Below are positions 1 through 8,700 of a stretch of 53,008 nt of DNA, piece after piece. The DNA comes from a virus. Taxonomy: Duplodnaviria > Caudoviricetes. A program made the position numbers and the translations under genes. The DNA lies in the IMG/VR virus record IMGVR_UViG_3300025151_000047, positions 1 through 53,008 of that record; one strand, written 5' to 3'. The first letter of the stretch is position 1, and every line of letters starts with the position of its first letter. A model generated the notes under the pieces. The model did not search any database. It saw only the letters and a list, made by a program, of their open reading frames with translations, and had not been told where the DNA came from.

Positions 1-80
1 TCATAGGATGGAAACATCATGTCCTCCATGACTTGTCCTCTGTATTCAATCTTTACGTGGACTCTTCCGTATGCGCACAT
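1..80 (-). CDS. Small early hypothetical protein, truncated by window edge (MCAYGRVHVKIEYRGQVMEDMMFPSY...)
   Basis: ATG at 80 preceded by AAGGAG; frame open to position 1; overlaps the end of the upstream ORF. Confidence 0.55.
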   Translation of the reverse strand, partial: MCAYGRVHVKIEYRGQVMEDMMFPSY

Positions 81-256
81 GGCTTCTCCTTCAAATAGTT
101 TTCAAGATTAACTGCCAGCTCTTTGATTTTACTGACATCCCTTAAAATATTGTCAGTGATATCAGGCAATGTATCAGCTTCGTAAGAATAATATTGAAGA
201 GTGATAAACGCCTTGTCTGATATCTGATTCAGTGCATCAGAAATTCTCGTATCCAT
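53..256 (-). CDS. Early hypothetical protein (67 aa)
   Basis: GGAG RBS; start overlaps upstream stop (TAATG). Confidence 0.7.
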   Translation of the reverse strand: MDTRISDALNQISDKAFITLQYYSYEADTLPDITDNILRDVSKIKELAVNLENYLKEKPCAHTEEST

Positions 257-447
257 TAAAATCTATCTCCAAAAAGCTTGCCCAAGTTAGGTGACCACGG
301 CTTAGTTACGTGCTTGCCGTCTTCAGCCTCAAGGTGTGCCATGTATCGTTCGGCATCCTCTCGGTTATTGAAACCATCTTCAACCTTATTGGTCTTGATG
401 ACAACCACATTATACCATTCATTGTCCTGTTCAATCTTGTAAATCAT
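256..447 (-). CDS. Early hypothetical protein (63 aa, start reassigned to MIYKIEQ)
   Basis: ATG at 447 follows the stop of 455..829; the longer start lies inside that gene. Confidence 0.65.
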   Translation of the reverse strand: MIYKIEQDNEWYNVVVIKTNKVEDGFNNREDAERYMAHLEAEDGKHVTKPWSPNLGKLFGDRF

Positions 448-454
448 TGAGTTT

Positions 455-829
455 CTACCTTTCTTCTTTAGAAAACTCATAACAATACTTAGCAATAATA
501 GTATCGAACTTAGGGGAATCGACATTATCAAGGGGATACGTATGAGGCTTAACGTACTTTTTATTCATGAAGTTCTTCCACTGCTGTGCAATACTAGGGA
601 AGACCTTAAGTACACCTCTCTTGTTTTCCTTTCCTCTAGGGAAATGATACCATACAGGATCATGTACACTGATTTCTTTATTCTTGTGCATCATCTGGGT
701 ATCATTTAGTTTCTTCTGATTTTCAGTTCTGTCCACCATCAGGTACAACTTGTCGTTCACAACTAGTGTTGTAGCTTTTTCCCAACAGCCGCAAACAACA
801 AACCCATCTTTATCAACCAACTTTTGCAT
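455..829 (-). CDS. Early hypothetical protein (124 aa)
   Basis: TAAGGAG RBS upstream of ATG. Confidence 0.75.
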   Translation of the reverse strand: MQKLVDKDGFVVCGCWEKATTLVVNDKLYLMVDRTENQKKLNDTQMMHKNKEISVHDPVWYHFPRGKENKRGVLKVFPSIAQQWKNFMNKKYVKPHTYPLDNVDSPKFDTIIAKYCYEFSKEER

Positions 830-990
830 TGGTACTCCTTACGTGTGATATGTTATAACGTGGGTTTTTAGGACGCATGGGAATATACGGACAACTATTC
901 GTCGCTCTTTAGTAATCTAAAGCAAAGATAAAGAACCGATGCTAAAAGAAGAAAAGATACGATCAAGTCAAAGGATTCCGTAGGAGGGCC

Positions 991-1029
991 GGAGATCCCC
1001 TCTGAGCCATTTGACCCAGAGGGGACTCC
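991..1029. promoter_or_regulatory. Intergenic hairpin (GGAG-A-TCCCCTCTG ... CAGAGGGGA-CTCC)
   Basis: 13 paired bases with one bulge, non-coding. Confidence 0.5.
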
Positions 1030-1055
1030 AGACACCTTGATTGAAGAGCAGCCGC

Positions 1056-1328
1056 TCACGAAGCAACCTCTTGCTTCTTAGCCCACTCACGCTGCTGACG
1101 CTTGCGTTGGTTCATAAGACGCATGAAACCATCGGGGCCAGAGAACTTCCACGCCTTACACGTAGCCTTGCCGTGCTTTGATTCATAATTCTTCTTGACT
1201 CGAAGCATCTCATCGACAAGACCACCTTGAGTAGAGGAAAAGACCTTAACATTCCAAGTCTTGTTGCCCTTTCCAAGGGGAAGGTAGAAGGTCACGTTAG
1301 CAAAGTACTTCTTGTTGTCGTTACGCAT
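1056..1328 (-). CDS. Basic early hypothetical protein (90 aa, start reassigned to MRNDNKK)
   Basis: The track's start lies inside the hairpin at 1373-1399; ATG at 1328 is more plausible. Confidence 0.65.
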   Translation of the reverse strand: MRNDNKKYFANVTFYLPLGKGNKTWNVKVFSSTQGGLVDEMLRVKKNYESKHGKATCKAWKFSGPDGFMRLMNQRKRQQREWAKKQEVAS

Positions 1329-1364
1329 AGTATATAAACTTTCTCGGTTGTCATAACCGCATGG

Positions 1365-1399
1365 AAATAAACAGAGGCCCGCCACCTTGGCAGACCTCT
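1365..1399 (-). terminator. Intrinsic terminator-like hairpin
   Basis: Minus strand AGAGGUCUGCCA-AGG-UGGCGGGCCUCU (12 bp incl. G-U) followed by GUUUAUUU, directly after the stop at 1400. Confidence 0.6.
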
Positions 1400-1669
1400 T
1401 TAAGAAATTTTCTGAGAGATATCAATTAACTCTAAATCATACATAGTCAAAGGACCAATACCAATACGCTTGAAGTATTCTCCGTATTGATAGAACATAT
1501 CAATCCACTTCTTTACGACTTCATTCTGATTACCGTAAGGGGAGACATCTACAGTCCTTTCTTCCCCATCAGGACAGGTCACGAAGTACCAGATCTTTTG
1601 GTTGTCTTCCATTTCTTCTATCTCGACCACCACATGGTGATCACGGTAGTCGTACTCTTCTTCGATCAT
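1400..1669 (-). CDS. Early hypothetical protein (89 aa, acidic)
   Basis: Coupled to upstream ORF (TAATG). Confidence 0.75.
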   Translation of the reverse strand: MIEEEYDYRDHHVVVEIEEMEDNQKIWYFVTCPDGEERTVDVSPYGNQNEVVKKWIDMFYQYGEYFKRIGIGPLTMYDLELIDISQKIS

Positions 1670-1890
1670 TATTCACTTCCTTTGTAATCAGGACCGTATT
1701 CCATTCTCTTGCGGATGGCCTCCAGCTCTTCAGAGATTTCCTTTACGTCAGCCATGAGACCCTCCACTACAGGTACAATAATACTGAGCCTGACACTCAG
1801 TTGCATCATCTTGGAACTGTCTGGGGTGATCTGAGGACGGGTGTAAGAGGTTTGTGCCCTCTTGTACGCATCAATTGCTTTCTGATTCAT
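1669..1890 (-). CDS. Early hypothetical protein (73 aa)
   Basis: AAGGA RBS; ATGA overlap. Confidence 0.7.
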   Translation of the reverse strand: MNQKAIDAYKRAQTSYTRPQITPDSSKMMQLSVRLSIIVPVVEGLMADVKEISEELEAIRKRMEYGPDYKGSE

Positions 1891-2147
1891 TTGTATTCCT
1901 TCATTGAATCAAACAGTGGTTGGCCTGACCTGTACTGTAGGCCGGGACCGTGAAATCGATGGACTCTTACAGAGTACCGAGAGAGATTCTTCATGTAATC
2001 TTTCTCGCCATTCAACCTTTCGCATAGATCCTTGGCTATCTTGAGGGCATTCTTCTCGCTCTCAAATTTCCATACTCGAATAGCCAAAAAACTTTTGGCG
2101 TTCTTACAGAAATCATCGTAGACAAAGACACGAAACTCTTCATTCAT
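1887..2147 (-). CDS. Early hypothetical protein (86 aa)
   Basis: GAGG RBS; ATGA overlap. Confidence 0.7.
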   Translation of the reverse strand: MNEEFRVFVYDDFCKNAKSFLAIRVWKFESEKNALKIAKDLCERLNGEKDYMKNLSRYSVRVHRFHGPGLQYRSGQPLFDSMKEYK

Positions 2148-2428
2148 TCTTCTTCCTCGGGTTCATGGTTTGATACGAATGTTTCAACAGTTTCCCTAGT
2201 CAAGCCGGGGATGCTGTTCCTGAAATAATTCTGAGCAATAGGAATAATATCCGTGTGGATATGATCGTAAAGCTCTTCCAACAAGTCATCGATGTCCCCG
2301 ATACCCTCAAGCTCATCCCCATAGTCTTCACGAAGAAGTTCTGTAAGGGTATCTTCAAGTTCATGTTCAAGACAAATATTCATTGGTTCAGTTTCCTTAC
2401 CATTAAAGAAAGGCAGCAACTCGTTCAA
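2144..2428 (-). CDS. Very acidic early hypothetical protein (about 94 aa; start uncertain)
   Basis: Glu/Asp-rich ORF coupled to the downstream gene. Confidence 0.6.
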   Translation of the reverse strand: MNELLPFFNGKETEPMNICLEHELEDTLTELLREDYGDELEGIGDIDDLLEELYDHIHTDIIPIAQNYFRNSIPGLTRETVETFVSNHEPEEEE

Positions 2429-2651
2429 AAGACTCTAGATCACGTACACCGTGTTCTCTCCACAAGTCATCCAGATTCAAGGTGATCATACTACAGGAGA
2501 TCTTGGCCTCATATCTACGGTGCTTCTGTTCAGCCAACCACTTACGCCTCCCGTCGTTTATCTCATTGATCCTCGCCTTGATCGCCTCGGCATCCCTAAT
2601 CTCGATGTTGCTCCGAGGGTTGGGGTTGATTAGCATTCTTCGGTCTTGCAT
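2403..2651 (-). CDS. Early hypothetical protein (82 aa)
   Basis: AGGA RBS before ATG. Confidence 0.6.
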   Translation of the reverse strand: MQDRRMLINPNPRSNIEIRDAEAIKARINEINDGRRKWLAEQKHRRYEAKISCSMITLNLDDLWREHGVRDLESFERVAAFL

Positions 2652-2951
2652 TGGTTAGTTTCCTAAAGAAAGAGTAGAAAGAAATAAGCAGGGGCCACCT
2701 TACGCAAGGCAGTCCCAAGAATCCCTACAGAGGACCGGAGAGGCCGTCTGAGGGCTTTGAATATAAAAAGGGTATCGAGACCCGTCCTGTAGAGGATCTC
2801 TTAGGGAGGATCTCAGGGCTTCTCAGAGGAAATCCCTCCTGAGGGGGTATCCGAGACCGTGGTCCTCTAGGGGATGATAGTGGAATGGTGGCATCGGTAG
2901 GCTTTCTTGAGGGGGTCTTTGGTCTGGGAGGGGCACTCTTGGGATGACCTC
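2652..2951. promoter_or_regulatory. 300-bp non-coding region with direct and inverted repeats
   Basis: Hairpin 2692-2716; ATCCCTACAGAGGACC (2721) is an imperfect inverted repeat of GGTCCTCTAGGGGAT (2861); GGGTATC(C)GAGACC occurs twice. Confidence 0.5.
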
Positions 2952-3428
2952 TTAGATTACGGGCTTCATCAAGGGCATTGAGACAGACGCATCGGATCCC
3001 ATGGGTGTAAACACCACCTTGGAGCTGCGCTCGAAGTCACGGAAGGCGTGATAGCGCATGACCGCTCCATTCTGTGCGGTAACCTCTGCGACAACACTGC
3101 GTGTGTGCTTGGACAGACGGTGGAGCACCTTACGAGCGTAGAACAGGGCAGGATCTTCAGTGATCCGTGTACCCATGTTTGTGACAACGCCATCGGTACG
3201 CACCCGCTTGAGCGTCAGAGGTCGAGCTTCAGACTTGACAGTCCACATTCTACTCTTCTCCATGCGCTTGATGTTGGCGGCCATTTTGGTCAGACAATCC
3301 CAATACACCACCGCACCGTGAGGAACCCACGATCCTGAGTCCTTCTCAAACACCATCGAGTAGGCATCGAGGTCGCCAACAGAAATCCTCAAGACGCGAT
3401 GATCAGAAATTTTGGTCTGGTAATACAT
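2952..3428 (-). CDS. Early hypothetical protein (158 aa)
   Basis: GAAAGGAG RBS. Confidence 0.8.
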   Translation of the reverse strand: MYYQTKISDHRVLRISVGDLDAYSMVFEKDSGSWVPHGAVVYWDCLTKMAANIKRMEKSRMWTVKSEARPLTLKRVRTDGVVTNMGTRITEDPALFYARKVLHRLSKHTRSVVAEVTAQNGAVMRYHAFRDFERSSKVVFTPMGSDASVSMPLMKPVI

Positions 3429-3439
3429 AGTTGCTCCTT

Positions 3440-3565
3440 TCAGAGCTTTCCTCTAAAGAATAAAAAGACATGGTACGCAGCCACGCAGCTGCCAGCCTGA
3501 TCCCAATGAACCAGTTCCATGTGCCTATCAAACCAACAGAAAGTGCCATCCTTAGCTGAGATCAT
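3440..3565 (-). CDS. Small ORF absent from the track (41 aa, MISAKDGTFCWFDRHMELVHWDQ...)
   Basis: Same GAAAGGAG RBS as neighbours; stop overlaps the next RBS. Confidence 0.45.
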   Translation of the reverse strand: MISAKDGTFCWFDRHMELVHWDQAGSCVAAYHVFLFFRGKL

Positions 3566-3682
3566 CCTTGATCTCCTTTCACGATTGAAAGTAACCCCGT
3601 CCCCGTTAAGGGAGCAGAGTTACGCCTGTACCTCCGTTAGAGTAACATTACAAAACACAAGACAGACAGCAAAAACTCGAAC

Positions 3683-4021
3683 TTAGTCATTGAACACCAC
3701 ATCCCACTCAGCCGGAGTCCATCCGGTCTGAATAATTTCCCGGTGGTCCGCAGGCATGTCAGGCCACACCTGCTGGATCAGGGCACCTCCCCTCCACCGC
3801 TTCCATTCCTCAATGGATACATCGAAGCTGAACTCCTCACCCGTGACGCGGCAGGTTCGCTCGATCACGATGACGTTCTCACCAAGACGGGCATGGATCC
3901 TAGCTTTCTGTGGAGGAAGAGGGTCTGCATTCTTAAGGTCTTCCTGAAGCTGACCCTTGTTGATGATGGCCTGAAGGATGTCTTCGAGGTTGTCGTTGTA
4001 GAACTCTTCGTTCTGAATCAT
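3683..4021 (-). CDS. Early hypothetical protein (112 aa, start reassigned to MIQNEEF)
   Basis: GAAAGGAGCAACC-ATG. Confidence 0.8.
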   Translation of the reverse strand: MIQNEEFYNDNLEDILQAIINKGQLQEDLKNADPLPPQKARIHARLGENVIVIERTCRVTGEEFSFDVSIEEWKRWRGGALIQQVWPDMPADHREIIQTGWTPAEWDVVFND

Positions 4022-4050
4022 GGTTGCTCCTTTCAAGAGCGGGTGATAGA

Positions 4051-4093
4051 AAAGACAAAACAAGCCGACATCCCCGGTAGGGGATGGGCTTGT
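4051..4093 (-). terminator. Terminator-like hairpin
   Basis: ACAAGCC-CATCCCC-TACC-GGGGATG-TC-GGCTTGT followed by TTTGTCTTTT on the minus strand. Confidence 0.55.
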
Positions 4094-4102
4094 GAGTGTA
4101 AC

Positions 4103-4723
4103 TTAGCCATTCAACTTAGTGACGGGATAAGTCTTGCCTCCGGCCCACTGTGTCCGAAGATTGGAGTCATCCCAGAACCGACCGAAGTAGACACGGTGAG
4201 CATTACAAAGATCATACACAGCTTCAGTGATAGCCTCACAGGAAGCGGAAACATCATCATAACTGTCGCTATCTTCAGTAAACTTGTCAATCAGATCAGG
4301 ACTACTCCAAATAGCCAGCACACACTGCCACAGGTCATCACTCTTAGAACACCAGTAGCTATCAAGGCTACTAGGCTCAAGCATCATATCGTCCCACTTT
4401 ACAGCGAGGTCAGGATTCTTCCACAGCAGAACAGAACGACAAATGTCCAGCCAATCACCAAAGGTGATCTTCTTAAAGTCATACCGAAACCAATGCTTAC
4501 CAGCAATCTCGTCTCCTCGTCGAGTACTTTCGGACACCATCATACCCAGCGTCTTCTGCTTCAGGTAATGAGCAACACGGCTTTCCTCTGCTTGACGTGC
4601 AACCACGTCGTACACGTTCTCGGTCTCCACGACTGACTGAACGTTCTGAGACGCAGCCTTGCAGAGTGCACAAGCGAAGAAGGCGACAACAGCGAAAACG
4701 ACGATGAGGGTAAGAATAAACAT
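4103..4723 (-). CDS. Probable first early gene: 206-aa protein with N-terminal transmembrane helix
   Basis: GAAAGGAG RBS before MFILTLIVVFAVVAFFACALC; the track's longer start crosses a G/C-run non-coding segment. Confidence 0.75.
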   Translation of the reverse strand: MFILTLIVVFAVVAFFACALCKAASQNVQSVVETENVYDVVARQAEESRVAHYLKQKTLGMMVSESTRRGDEIAGKHWFRYDFKKITFGDWLDICRSVLLWKNPDLAVKWDDMMLEPSSLDSYWCSKSDDLWQCVLAIWSSPDLIDKFTEDSDSYDDVSASCEAITEAVYDLCNAHRVYFGRFWDDSNLRTQWAGGKTYPVTKLNG

Positions 4724-4809
4724 GGGTGGCTCCTTTCTAGAGCAAGGGGGGTAAGGGGGGAGCGAAACTCCGCTCCGCATTATCTCCCCCTCTGTAAATT
4801 CCTGACCCC

Positions 4810-5340
4810 CTAATCGATTTTCCACCCTGCCAAAAGAATCGTTAAGTCCTTACCGTCTACAACCGTGTCATCGTTAAGATCCCAAGGAGAGACTAACATG
4901 TAGTCCTGCTGGGGCCACGGAGCGTCAATTAACTTAGGTGGTCCCCAGTCACTTAAGAGTTCACTGAGGTCATCAGCGTTGAACTCTGTTTTAATAATAT
5001 AAAATTTAAAGTGCCGTGGAATCTCTATCGGATAGCTCTGCAAGTCCTCCCCCGTGAAAGGGTGGAGAGGCAACTGAGTGCGGCACCAGACGATCTCCAT
5101 AGTGTCCTCTTTGGTCTGCCACCAGTCGAAGGGCAATAAGCCACTGAGGCGGCCCTCAGGCAGCGTAAAGCAATACTGGAGGCAAGGGAACTTGGAATCT
5201 TCGGTAGCGTATAACCGAGCCGTACCTTCGTATACAGTACGTGGCCCCTGAATGTAGGTGTTATATTCAATAGACCATTCGTCAGTAGCGTCCCCCAAAG
5301 GGGCGGCCACAAGAGCGGCAGCGGTGAGGTAGATTAACAT
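4810..5340 (-). CDS. Putative exported protein with C-terminal dockerin/EF-hand-like motif
   Basis: Hydrophobic N-terminus MLIYLTAAALVAA; C-terminal DLNDDTVVDGKDLTILLAGW; GGAG RBS. Confidence 0.65.
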   Translation of the reverse strand: MLIYLTAAALVAAPLGDATDEWSIEYNTYIQGPRTVYEGTARLYATEDSKFPCLQYCFTLPEGRLSGLLPFDWWQTKEDTMEIVWCRTQLPLHPFTGEDLQSYPIEIPRHFKFYIIKTEFNADDLSELLSDWGPPKLIDAPWPQQDYMLVSPWDLNDDTVVDGKDLTILLAGWKID

Positions 5341-5375
5341 GTTGGACTCCCGAGAGCGGCATAGCCGCAGTTAAA

Positions 5376-5579
5376 TTATTTAATATTTTTCACAATAGAG
5401 TACTGCTTATCGTCAAGTTTCTGAAGCCGCGCTGAGATCTCACGGATGCGTCTATCGTGGGCTTCAATCTGTTTTTCGTGTAGGGATACTTTGCTAGTGA
5501 GCCGCCAGACGAGTCCAAAGACACCTAGTAGAGCGGGTCCAGCAATGCTAATAATAATAGTAATTAAGTGTTCTTCCAT
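5376..5579 (-). CDS. Small membrane protein (one TM plus coiled coil; holin-like?)
   Basis: Hydrophobic N-terminal segment, charged heptad tail. Confidence 0.65.
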   Translation of the reverse strand: MEEHLITIIISIAGPALLGVFGLVWRLTSKVSLHEKQIEAHDRRIREISARLQKLDDKQYSIVKNIK

Positions 5580-5642
5580 AGGTTTTCCCCCCAGAAATCT
5601 ATAGGTGTACTTAAATGTTAATAATAAAATCAGATAATATAA

Positions 5643-5682
5643 TGTAAGGGGTCTATAGAAAGAAATCTATAGACCCCCTACA
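5643..5682. repeat. Inverted repeat after the giant gene
   Basis: GGGGTCTATAGA-AAGAAA-TCTATAGACCCC, perfect 12 bp, extends to 17 bp with one mismatch. Confidence 0.8.
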
Positions 5683-5700
5683 CCGTCATCTCTTCTCTTG

Positions 5701-8700
5701 TTATAAGATGGGTTTTTTCATACCCCCTATTAGAGAGTCTCTTAGAAGGGATCCTAAGTTTTCGTATTCAGACATGTCTGGTCTATTTAATTCTTCTTTT
5801 AATGCTGGGATTAAATCAGGATCTCTCATAGAGTCTCTAGGTTGTGACTGTCTTGGTTCGACTGTCCCTTGTCTTGGTCCGGGTGCCTCCCTAACAGGTT
5901 TACTAACTTTAATGTTTTCCATAGGTTTGTATCCAGTCTTAAAGGGATCAAATAAAGGCATTCCAGAGTTTTTCAACATATCGTTTGATACTCTTAATCC
6001 AATAGGAACAATAGCAAAGAACGGAAGGGGGACCATTGAAGCAACATTAGCTGCACCAGTTAAAGCTTCTCCTTGATTGATCTTAGCGAAAGCGTTAGTG
6101 ACTCTAGTGGGTAACTGTAACATACGGTTAACCATAGCAATACCCGCCATGCTGTAGATCTGAGTGTTGGACGGACGCTGACCACGGAGAACCTGTAAGA
6201 GGGTGGCGATGACCATCTGGTTCATACCGAAGAACGGAACGGACATCATGGCATCCTGAATCTCAGACATAGGATCTCTCTTTGCTTTCTCTACCATATC
6301 CTCATAGGAAGTAGACATCTGAAGCTGGATGAGTTTATAATATAAATAACCGGAAAGTGCGTGACCCATAAAAGCTGCCGCAAATGCAGCCATACCGCCC
6401 AGACCAGCTCTATGCATACCGCTGTATACCGTAGAGGAGTAGGTATTAAGGGCCGTAGCTATGGGAGCCAGAGGACCAAGTGCTCTAGCTCCGACAGCAG
6501 GAGCTTCAGATACTGAGGGCTGTTTTGCGTATCTTGTTGCGCCTAACCATAAGATTTCTCTAAGGGCGTTGATTACTTGAATTCTTTGTGCTCTTTCTTT
6601 TGCGTTAGAATTATAATCAAAAGATGTTTCAGAAACCATTTTATCAAACGGCAATCCCTTTTGTTTAATATCATCACCGTAATCATAAAACAGCTTTTGA
6701 ACCACGGGAGCAAGCTCTCTACTGAATAAACCATTCTTAAGCATATCAATAACAACAGTAATTAAATCACTATCCATGTTATAATTACTCTTGAGTTTTA
6801 CTCTAAGTTCTTTCAGAGAAAGCTCATTTACATTCATATCTTGGAATGCTTCAGCCAATTCGTTAAACGTAGGTAAGATTGGTCCTCTAGGAGATCCCGG
6901 TATTAAATTACCTTCATCGTCAATTAAACTAACACCTTTGGACATTCTATAGAATAACCTATTAATATCCTGTGTGGTTTTTCTTGCGCCAATCTGACGG
7001 TTGAGGTTAACCTGAGAATTAAGACCCTTAGACGTAAAGGCGTAAATTCCTTTAGTTAGACCTTCAAATCCCTTATCAAACCTAGATTGATCTAATTTTC
7101 TACCGTCTTCCATACCAATTTTCTGAAGAACAACATTGACTTCTCTTGTCAAATCTTGGGTTATAAGCCCAAGACCTTCTAAGAATGCGTTTTTGTCTTG
7201 CTTACTTTTAAGTAAACCTACACCCTCTTGAATTCTATTATTAGCAGCTTGAAGGTTTGCTTTAAACGAACCAGCTAATGCCATAGGAGTTTCTTCCAAG
7301 AGAGAGGCAAAAGCAAGTCTTGGTCCAATAGCCAAAGCAGACCCTAACTGACCAATATGGTTAAGCATGTTAATGAACGGGATCGAACTAGCATCTTTAT
7401 CGTCCCACTTTAACGTACCCGTACTGTACCTATAAGCACTTTTAATGGCGTTAAAGGCGTGGGTAAACTTGTTCTTCTCTTCGGGCTTAAGACCTCTTTT
7501 TTCACCCATCTGTTTCATAAGCGGATCAAGCATGATATCCTCAAATTGATTGTTTTCAACTAACTGATCAATAGTATCAATCAGATCTGAAATACCAACC
7601 CCACGAATACCAAAAGCGTTTCCGAAGACTTGCCTATCAAATGCTTGAGCTGCCTGCCCCCTCATAAGAGAACCAAATATTTCGGCGGGATCTAAATTAA
7701 GGTGCTTTTTAATAAGAGGGTTCTGAAGCATATCCATGGTATTAAAGAACTTCTCTCCTACAAAGGTATACGTAGAAGAACCGGCTCTCATCATGTAATC
7801 TTCAGCAACAAGATTAGCTAACTTCTCGTCCATTCCTTGCGTGTACGTTCTCTTTTGAGCTTCCTTTGTTTTCTTAAGTCTATCATTTCGTAATTCCATA
7901 ATAGCTTCTTTTTGTTTTTCTGAGAGTGGTCTATCACCTCTAATATGATCGTTGTATACGTCACGTTCAGGTTCCGTAAGCAGATCATCTTTTTTAAGTT
8001 TACCTTTTTTAATATCTCTCATGAAAGAATTAAAGGCAGTGTTAGTATCACCTTTTTTCTGTAAGTACTCATTGTAGATACTAGACGCTGGTCCCATATC
8101 GATGCTAGACGGGGATTTAGTTGCATCGTCTCTCTCAAAGTAATCAGCAAAAATAACCTTAAATAAATCTGCATCAATGAATTCACTGTTAATTAATTCG
8201 TCAGTGATCTGATCACCGATAGCATTTCTCAACTCTTCTCTGGCTTGAATACCGTTTTTGCCATCGTTTCTAAAAACATCGTCTGAGAATTTTACAGGAA
8301 TAACACCTTCAGTAATTAACCTATCTCCCAACGTGGCATCAAATACTCCGCTATCTACCTGAGCGGTAATAATTTGTTTCCAAATACCCCTTTCAGGATG
8401 CGCCCACATTTCAACTAAATCAACAACCTTTTCAATGTTGGTTTCCTGTTCAGCTAAAGTCTTTTCGTCAAGAGTTTGCCCTGCTTTTCTAAAAGCAAGT
8501 TTCATGATTTCTTGTGCTCTATTTTTAGCGGCTTCCCTTCCTTGCCATCCTTTGATTTCGTTAGAGTACTGAGTTTCAGAAACCTTTTCTCTCATAGCCG
8601 TTGAAGCCCAGAACATATCGATGAATAAATCATAGGGAGTATAATCCTCAGTTCCTGTTTTCATTCCCGGCGTAAAGTTACTAAGTTTAATCTCTAAAAG

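Noticed and set aside
3743-4636. 297-aa plus-strand ORF
   Set aside because: Antisense to two minus-strand genes with strong RBSs and crosses a terminator hairpin; no recognisable motif
4773-4779. GCGGAGC resembling the N4 vRNAP hairpin promoter core
   Set aside because: Stem of only 2 bp and on the non-template strand for early genes
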